Made by a program: the position numbers and the translations under genes. The notes under the pieces are model-generated. The model worked only from the letters and a program-made list of their open reading frames with translations. It was not told where the DNA came from and made no database searches. Positions 57,780-64,000 of a stretch of DNA of 64,000 nucleotides are shown one piece after another. Origin of the DNA: a bacterium (GTDB taxonomy: Bacteria; Patescibacteriota; CPR2; UBA1875; JAJYID01); the NCBI GenBank assembly GCA_030647205.1, contig JAUSJO010000002.1:177112-241111 (forward strand), given 5' to 3'. Numbering within the stretch: position 1 is the first letter of the stretch; each line of letters starts with the position of its first letter.

Positions 57780-58986
57780 TTTCCGTCTCCTTTGCTTTGG
57801 ACGCTTTTTGCAGATTTTGCTTTTTGTAGTTCACACATGGTTTTGCATCTTTTTCACCGAGCGCTCTTATTCCTCTAAAAAGCGGCGAATCCATGATTTC
57901 CATGATCGTCATGTCTCTGATATTGCCCGCAGAGATGTTAGAGAAAAGGCATGGTTCCACCGATCCGCTCGGAGTGATATGGAAGTGGCGATCCGCAGCA
58001 TCACAGACTCTAAGTTCGTCTATTGCTGCTCTGCCACACCGTACGTAAAGAGGATACTTATCCTTGACTACCTCTGACCACATTTCAAGGATCAGTTTTT
58101 GGTTTTTCGTAAGGATAAGATTCTCATTTGGGTTTGAGTCTGTGGGGATATACTGATTATAGACGATGCCATAAGCGCCCTTTTCTACGACCATATCGGT
58201 GAACTGACTGCTTACGATTTCATCAAAGTTTTCCCTCGTCACAGTTACAGTGACGCCGAAAACATGATTGACCGCACGTAAGTGCTCCATCGCTTCAATG
58301 GCTTTTTGGTATACTCCTTCACCTCGTCTGGCATCCGTTTTTTCTTCGAAGCCGTCTAGACTGACTGACATAAAGAGGTTACCGATTTTGGCGATTCTTT
58401 CCGCAGCCTTTCTGTCCAGCGTTGTTCCGTTAGTGAAGACGATGAAACATACATCGGGATGATTTTCGTATACTTCCCACATATCTTCACGAAGCAAGGG
58501 TTCACCGCCAAGGATACTGTAGATCACGGTGCCGTTTTGAGAGCCCTCAGTGATAGCTTTGTCTATCACTTCTGTTGGCAGGTCAATCTTGGGGAATCTC
58601 TCGGCGTAACAGTTGCTACAGGCGATATTGCACTTACCCGATATAGTTATCTCTATCTGTGAGGGCACATCCTTGCCATTGGCCCCGCAGACGAGCCGAT
58701 TGATAATCAAGTTTTTGGCAAAAGCCTGCCAGTAGGCTGGGTTTGATCTTGCCAATTTTCTGGCGAGATGGAGATAAGGATGATTTTTCGTGGCGAGTTT
58801 TTGCAACAACTCATCGAATTTGAAGAAGTAGTTCTTCTTTGATGTGAACGGCTTTGTGATTATGAGCATTGCCTTGGCAAAACCGTTTAGAACCGGATCC
58901 GGTGAAAGGAAAACGGCTCGCAGGAAGGATACATATAGCACATTTATAAACCATGAGTTAAGCAGATATTTCCTGAAGCCTTTCAA
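57751..58986 (-). CDS. Radical SAM protein with twitch/SPASM-like C-terminus
   Basis: CNIACSNC, GGEPL, FTNGT, SLDG, C..HITPSGSVEPC. Confidence 0.9.
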   Translation of the reverse strand: MKGFRKYLLNSWFINVLYVSFLRAVFLSPDPVLNGFAKAMLIITKPFTSKKNYFFKFDELLQKLATKNHPYLHLARKLARSNPAYWQAFAKNLIINRLVCGANGKDVPSQIEITISGKCNIACSNCYAERFPKIDLPTEVIDKAITEGSQNGTVIYSILGGEPLLREDMWEVYENHPDVCFIVFTNGTTLDRKAAERIAKIGNLFMSVSLDGFEEKTDARRGEGVYQKAIEAMEHLRAVNHVFGVTVTVTRENFDEIVSSQFTDMVVEKGAYGIVYNQYIPTDSNPNENLILTKNQKLILEMWSEVVKDKYPLYVRCGRAAIDELRVCDAADRHFHITPSGSVEPCLFSNISAGNIRDMTIMEIMDSPLFRGIRALGEKDAKPCVNYKKQNLQKASKAKETENGRQTVTSK

Positions 58987-59100
58987 GGGACACTCCTTTT
59001 GTAGTGATATATTTTATTTTCAAGATTCTTTGTTTACTCAACAAAAAAGAGGGTTTTCCCTCCGTTTGATTATTTAACCACAAAAATTAAATTTTTTCAA

Positions 59101-59985
59101 TTATTTCTTGGGTTTTGCCTTGATTGTACTTTTTTGTCGGGCGACGATAATTTTCAGTTTTCTACCGGATATTTCACAAAGAACGGGAGTTTTATACAGA
59201 ACTTTTCCGTCAACAGAAACTTGAGCCGGTTTTTGTGTGTTTATGACAACTCTTTTTGTCCTAAAAAGAGATAAGTCCGGCTTTTTTTCCTGTTTTAGAC
59301 TGTCCGGATTTAAAATATATTTTAGAGAATTTAGGTATGACATTTTACCCGTAATAAGAACATCGAGCATATTGCTTGACTCGTCACCTTTGTTTTCCGG
59401 TGTTCTGGTGTTTGAAATCTTGATATTGAAAAAGTCTGTGTCGATCCGGTAATCATCATTGAAGTTGAGAGTTGCTTTTTGTGGTTTGAACTTTGAAGAC
59501 CATGAAAGCGCACGTTTATAGTACATAGTTTTATGAATCAGTGAGTTCTCTTCTGGTTTTTGTTCCGACATTTCAGCTTCAAATCCGATATTAACGGCGG
59601 TGATGAAGTAGCTTTTTCCAACCCTACCGATATCAAGAGTTTCTATTTTTCTGGCGGCTAAAATATTGCAAGCGCTTTGCCAGTCAATGATGCCAAGCGA
59701 TCTTGCTAGCTCATTTTTGTCACCAATGGGGATGATCCCGACCGCAACTTCGCTTTTGCCGACACCGTTTATTACTTCATTTATGGTTCCGGTACCGCCA
59801 ACGGCAACGATGGTTTTGTATCCTTTTCGGACGCCCATGGCAGCGAGCTTTCCAGCATCGCCTTCGCCAATACTTTTAACAAACTCGCCAGCTATGCCGA
59901 GTTCTTTCAGTCTCGCCTTGAGACGATCCTGAATTTTATTAATGCGTCCGCCTCCGGAAGCAGGATTCAAAATATAGTAGTACAT
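59101..59985 (-). CDS. YegS/diacylglycerol kinase family protein
   Basis: ILNPASG, VGGTGTINEV, GIIPIG..N..A..LGI, VDG. Confidence 0.85.
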   Translation of the reverse strand: MYYYILNPASGGGRINKIQDRLKARLKELGIAGEFVKSIGEGDAGKLAAMGVRKGYKTIVAVGGTGTINEVINGVGKSEVAVGIIPIGDKNELARSLGIIDWQSACNILAARKIETLDIGRVGKSYFITAVNIGFEAEMSEQKPEENSLIHKTMYYKRALSWSSKFKPQKATLNFNDDYRIDTDFFNIKISNTRTPENKGDESSNMLDVLITGKMSYLNSLKYILNPDSLKQEKKPDLSLFRTKRVVINTQKPAQVSVDGKVLYKTPVLCEISGRKLKIIVARQKSTIKAKPKK

Positions 59986-59997
59986 ATTAGAAAAAAA

Positions 59998-60435
59998 TTA
60001 TTTTTCTTTTTTGTTTTCTTCTTCTGGTTCCTGCTCTTCCTCGAGGATAGGCTCGAGTTCAATGTCTCTTTTGGTTTCAAGCATTGTACACTTGCCGGAG
60101 AAAAGGGCTCCGGGAGATACGACAAGTACTCCGGCGTGAATATCGCCGTAAACTTTGCCGGTCTCTGATATTTGTAGAGTTTCTTTAGCTTCAATGTTTC
60201 CTTGGACTACTCCGGAAACTTGGACATTTGCTGCTTTTACGCTTGCAACCACGTTTGCGCTTGTGCCGACTTGAACGCTGGCTTTTGTTTTAACATCTCC
60301 GGCGACAGAACCGTTGATGATAATATCACCGTCACTTTTAAGGTTACCTTTTAGTTTTACTGATTCGCCAACTATCGTTTCAACGCTTTTGTTGTCGACA
60401 GTAGGGAAGTCTTCTTTTTTATCAAACATTTTCAC
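59998..60435 (-). CDS. Bactofilin (polymer-forming cytoskeletal protein)
   Basis: TIVG..LKGNL..DG.I.ING...GD..GKVYGDI..GA.FSG.C.M. Confidence 0.92.
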   Translation of the reverse strand: MKMFDKKEDFPTVDNKSVETIVGESVKLKGNLKSDGDIIINGSVAGDVKTKASVQVGTSANVVASVKAANVQVSGVVQGNIEAKETLQISETGKVYGDIHAGVLVVSPGALFSGKCTMLETKRDIELEPILEEEQEPEEENKKEK

Positions 60436-60438
60436 TCC

Positions 60439-60915
60439 TTATTCTTTAGTTGCTTTTTTAATTGCTTCAACTTCTTCATCGCTTAATGTATTTGTGGATT
60501 TACCATCAGACACACTTTTTGCGTACACTCTGGTACCTTCACGCGCGTGCATGCTGGTTATTACAAATCCACTATTATCATTATCAAGCAGGGCTATGGA
60601 AAAACTTTGGTTTCCACCGGTATCGTTTTTCCCGAAGGGGTTATAGCGGATAAATCCGATCCTCTGGATACTTTTTTGCATTTTTTTAGAAACTTTCGCC
60701 ATCTCTATTTCCAGTTTTTTCGCATAGTTTTCGACTTCTTTGGTTTCTTCAAGATATTTTTTCAGAACTTGATAGATATCGCCATCTTTTGAAGTATCAA
60801 AAAGTTCGTTCGCTCTTTTGTACATTTTTTGTTGTCTGTAGGTTAAAAAAGCGACCCATAAAAGAAGTAATCCGATTACTGATATGAGAATAATGATTTG
60901 TGTGTTTACATCCAT
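60439..60915 (-). CDS. DUF4446 family protein
   Basis: N-terminal TM, IRYNPF..GGNQSFSIALLD..G.VITS...R...RVYAK..LSDEE. Confidence 0.88.
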   Translation of the reverse strand: MDVNTQIIILISVIGLLLLWVAFLTYRQQKMYKRANELFDTSKDGDIYQVLKKYLEETKEVENYAKKLEIEMAKVSKKMQKSIQRIGFIRYNPFGKNDTGGNQSFSIALLDNDNSGFVITSMHAREGTRVYAKSVSDGKSTNTLSDEEVEAIKKATKE

Positions 60916-61074
60916 GATAAGAAAGTTAGATTTTACAGAAATAAAAAGTGGTTTCTGTTTTTGAAAAGAAATCACCTCCAAGTGCTTTGATTATAAAGAA
61001 AAATCTTGCCTTCTTCAAGAGGAATTTGTCAAAGGTGTATGAATTTAATATAATCAAAAGGAAAGGATATATAA

Positions 61075-61374
61075 ATGTCAAAAAACAAAAGAAGAAAGAG
61101 CGAGAAGAAAAGAAACCTTAAGTATGGGAATATTACTGTAGAGAAAGTAAAAAATCTGTCAGCAAGCGATATAAAAGATAGGGCTGTTAAGGGCTCTGAA
61201 AAAAATCTTAAGACCAAAAGTGATAATGGTTTTAGAAAAGAACTGAGAAAAAATCTGACCTTTGTCGGCATTTTTTTAGTGTCTCTTGTAGTTTTATATT
61301 TTGTTTTAACTTACACAAGTATCTTAGATCCGATATTAAATTATTTCGGACTGAGTGGAGTTTATAAAAAATAA
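61075..61374 (+). CDS. Hypothetical basic membrane protein
   Basis: Lys-rich N-terminus, one C-terminal TM; AAGGA SD. Confidence 0.65.
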   Translation: MSKNKRRKSEKKRNLKYGNITVEKVKNLSASDIKDRAVKGSEKNLKTKSDNGFRKELRKNLTFVGIFLVSLVVLYFVLTYTSILDPILNYFGLSGVYKK

Positions 61375-61423
61375 AGATCATTTGGCTTTAATTTTCCTCT
61401 GCCTATCTGTATAATGGATACAA

Positions 61424-62317
61424 ATGGCAAAAACACCTGTAATAAAAGCAATAAACCTTTCAAAAACCTTCAAACTCAGTAAGGATAATGAGGTTATTGC
61501 TTTGCACTCGGTGAGTTTTGAAATATATTCGGGTGAACTGATCTGTTTTTTTGGCCCTTCCGGTTGCGGGAAGTCTACTCTTCTCTCCATGCTCGCCGGC
61601 CTACAACCTCCGACTTCCGGTGAAGTTATTGTCAGGGGGAAAAATCTAGCTACCCTTAAAAAGAAAGAGTTAGCCGAATACAGAAGATCAAAGATTGGTA
61701 TGGTTTTCCAACAGTTTAACCTGATCATATCTATGAATGTTCTTGAAAACATTGCTCTGCCTATGGCATTTGGTGGAATGAAACGAAAAAGGAGGATGCA
61801 GAGAGCGGAACACTTGCTTGAAGTTGTAGACTTGGGCGATAAAAAGAAAAGTGTGCCGGCCAATCTTTCAGGTGGACAACAGCAAAGAATAGCCATTGCC
61901 AGATCTTTAATTAACAACCCATGGATCATAATGGCTGATGAACCAACTGGAAATCTTGATTCAAAATCGGCGGATGACGTTATGAAACTTTTGATATCGC
62001 TTTCACGGAAGTCGAAAAGAACAGTCATTCTCATTACTCATAACCCGGACTATTTACAGTATGTTGATAGAATATTCAGGATGAAAGATGGCCGAGTTGA
62101 TAAAATAGAAGTAAATGCAAAGACCGCAAAAGTTGAGCTTATAGATGCAGTATCAAAGCTCGATAAGTTAAAAAGCGATAAAGAAGAGGCTAGTGAAGAG
62201 GACGAGCCGATATTTACTTCTGAAATCAGCAAGATAGAAGCAGAGAAAAAGGAAGTTATGTCTGGTAAAGCGGGTAAATCAAAAGAAAAGGAAGAAAAAA
62301 ACAATGAAACTGATTGA
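61424..62317 (+). CDS. LolD-type ABC ATP-binding protein with charged tail
   Basis: [24 protein letters not shown]. Confidence 0.92.
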   Translation: MAKTPVIKAINLSKTFKLSKDNEVIALHSVSFEIYSGELICFFGPSGCGKSTLLSMLAGLQPPTSGEVIVRGKNLATLKKKELAEYRRSKIGMVFQQFNLIISMNVLENIALPMAFGGMKRKRRMQRAEHLLEVVDLGDKKKSVPANLSGGQQQRIAIARSLINNPWIIMADEPTGNLDSKSADDVMKLLISLSRKSKRTVILITHNPDYLQYVDRIFRMKDGRVDKIEVNAKTAKVELIDAVSKLDKLKSDKEEASEEDEPIFTSEISKIEAEKKEVMSGKAGKSKEKEEKNNETD

Positions 62318-63461
62318 TATTTTCAGGATAGCTGCAGGGAATCTCAAGAGAAACAGACTTCGAACTGTTTTGACAGTTTCGGGGGTGGTTGTCGGAGTTG
62401 GTGCGATAGTTTTCTTGGTTTCTCTTGGATTTGGACTTCAAAAGTTAGCATTGGATAAGATAGTCCGGCTTGAAGCCCTTAAAGTTATAACTGTGACATC
62501 GGGATCAAAAACAGAGTCTCAGCTCAATGCGGGTATAGCCGAAGAGTTTGAAAAAATAAGCGGAGTTTCAGCGGTCAGTCCTATCACCAGAAACATTGTT
62601 AGTTTTAAAATTGGGAATACCGAGACAGAGCAAGTTGTGTATGGTGTTAAACCTGAGTTTCTTGATATGGAAAATCTAAAGATTTCCACAGGACAGGCTT
62701 TTTCTAGCAAAGATGCTAAAAATGAGATGATAATATCAAAAGAAATCCTTACAAATTTTGGGTTAAATCAGGATAGTATTCTGGGGAAAGACATTGACTA
62801 TACTTATGCCATTTCAGGAGGAGAAAATAAAGGGACACTCAAAGTTGTGGGTCTTTTTGACGAAAAGGGAGTCTATGCCCCCTTTGATGCTATTTCGGGG
62901 AACAATGAGTCATATGCCTCCGTTAAAGTGAAGGTGGCTGATAAGGTGAATGTTCCGGAGGTCAAAAAAACTATTGAAAGTATGGGATATAATACATCGG
63001 TCATCCAAGATCAGTCCGCAGCCGTCAATCAGGTTTTTTCTATTATAAATATTGTTTTAGGCGGTTTTGGTATGATTGCCTTTTTTGTCGCTGCCATAGG
63101 AATATTTAATACAATGACGATATCACTTTTAGAGAGAACTCATGAAATTGGTGTAATGAAAGCTATCGGCGGTAATAGTAAAGATATCGCGATGATTTTT
63201 ATCACAGAATCAGCTCTCATTGGTTTTCTTGGCGGAATTTTTGGTCTCAGTGTTGGTTGGCTTTTAGGGGGATTGCTCAATCTTCTTGTCAATTTCATGG
63301 CAACTGAGTCCGGCGGTGAAGCGGTATCTCTCTTTGCTATTCCTCTTGTTTTCGGTATTTTAACTATCTTCTTCTCGTTTTTGGTCTCTACGGTTGCCGG
63401 CATTTGGCCAGCAAGAAGGGCGGCAAAACTTAATCCTCTTGAAGCCTTACGTTACGAGTAA
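62304..63461 (+). CDS. MacB/FtsX-type ABC permease
   Basis: RTVLTVSGVVVG, ERTHEIGVMKAIG, PLEALRYE. Confidence 0.92.
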   Translation: MKLIDIFRIAAGNLKRNRLRTVLTVSGVVVGVGAIVFLVSLGFGLQKLALDKIVRLEALKVITVTSGSKTESQLNAGIAEEFEKISGVSAVSPITRNIVSFKIGNTETEQVVYGVKPEFLDMENLKISTGQAFSSKDAKNEMIISKEILTNFGLNQDSILGKDIDYTYAISGGENKGTLKVVGLFDEKGVYAPFDAISGNNESYASVKVKVADKVNVPEVKKTIESMGYNTSVIQDQSAAVNQVFSIINIVLGGFGMIAFFVAAIGIFNTMTISLLERTHEIGVMKAIGGNSKDIAMIFITESALIGFLGGIFGLSVGWLLGGLLNLLVNFMATESGGEAVSLFAIPLVFGILTIFFSFLVSTVAGIWPARRAAKLNPLEALRYE

Positions 63462-63467
63462 CAAAAG

Positions 63468-64000
63468 TTAACTTTTTGGCCGATATTGTAAAGCTTCGGC
63501 AATGTGCTGGGATTTTATGTTGCTGCTTTCATCTAGGTCGGCGATGGTTCGGGCAATTTTCAAGATTTTCGTATAAGATCTAGCCGATAAATAGAGCCGC
63601 TCAATTGCAGATTTTAAAAGTTCCAAAGACTCCTTTGAGAGCTTGCAGTATTCTTTAATGTCACTTGATGTCATTTCAGAGTTTGTTACTTTTGAAGTTC
63701 CCTTAAATCTCTTTGCCTGAATTTCTCGTGCTTTTTCGACTCTCTTTTTAATGTTTTCCGAGGACTCTGATCGACTGTCAGAAGTTAACTTGTCAGTTTC
63801 TACTCTTGGAACGTCTATGTGGAGGTCTATCCGATCTAAAATTGGTCCTGAGACTTTTTTCTGATACTTTATTATTTGTCCGGGACTACAAGAGCAATTC
63901 TTTACAGGATCATTTAGATATCCGCAAGGGCACGGGTTTTGGGCGGCGACAAGAACGAAGTTTGCAGGAAAGCTTAATGTGCCATTAGCGCGCGAAATTG
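63468..64000 (-). CDS. comM: ComM/YifB Mg-chelatase-like AAA+ ATPase, C-terminal part
   Basis: Manual translation ISRANGTLSFPANFVLVAAQNPCPCG..SGPILDRIDL..LSARSY.KILKIARTIADL..HIAEALQYR. Confidence 0.93.
   Translation of the reverse strand, partial: ISRANGTLSFPANFVLVAAQNPCPCGYLNDPVKNCSCSPGQIIKYQKKVSGPILDRIDLHIDVPRVETDKLTSDSRSESSENIKKRVEKAREIQAKRFKGTSKVTNSEMTSSDIKEYCKLSKESLELLKSAIERLYLSARSYTKILKIARTIADLDESSNIKSQHIAEALQYRPKS

Noticed and set aside
1-64000. Alternative genetic code (UGA=Gly), prophage or IS transposase
   Set aside because: Conserved genes are full length under code 11 and TGA ends several genes. No phage structural, integrase or transposase motifs were recognised.

Overview
64 kb of AT-rich chromosome from what looks like a Patescibacteria (CPR) bacterium using the standard genetic code. 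That assignment is an inference from gene content: rny-ymdB-hup, DUF4446/bactofilin/YegS cluster, DUF5663, EXLDI, many MacB-type ABC systems and no biosynthetic operons. Housekeeping content: RNase Y, HU, CCA enzyme, infC(ATT start)-rpmI-rplT, partial comM, rnpB and 7 tRNAs. The top finding is an integrase-free, integron-like array directly behind tRNA-His (22.5-26.9 kb). It consists of 570-810 bp single-gene units, each bounded by a degenerate repeat (CAGTTCTGACATCGCTAACTACCCG-ACCCCA) whose core equals the tRNA 3' end, followed by a hairpin and a -10 box. The repeat reads antisense as a conserved peptide (WGRVVSDVRT), as if it were a recombinase C-terminus spanning attP. A second, sequence-unrelated array with the same architecture sits behind tRNA-Glu. 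Other candidate systems: (i) a duplicated module of a giant surface protein with conserved His/Trp-rich N-terminus and conserved C-terminus plus a MacB-type ABC transporter; (ii) an N-acyl-amino-acid-synthase-like GNAT + ThiF + membrane histidine kinase (possible signalling circuit); (iii) ABC-F + small Cys protein + SPASM radical SAM. All family calls come from motif recognition by eye; no database searches were run.
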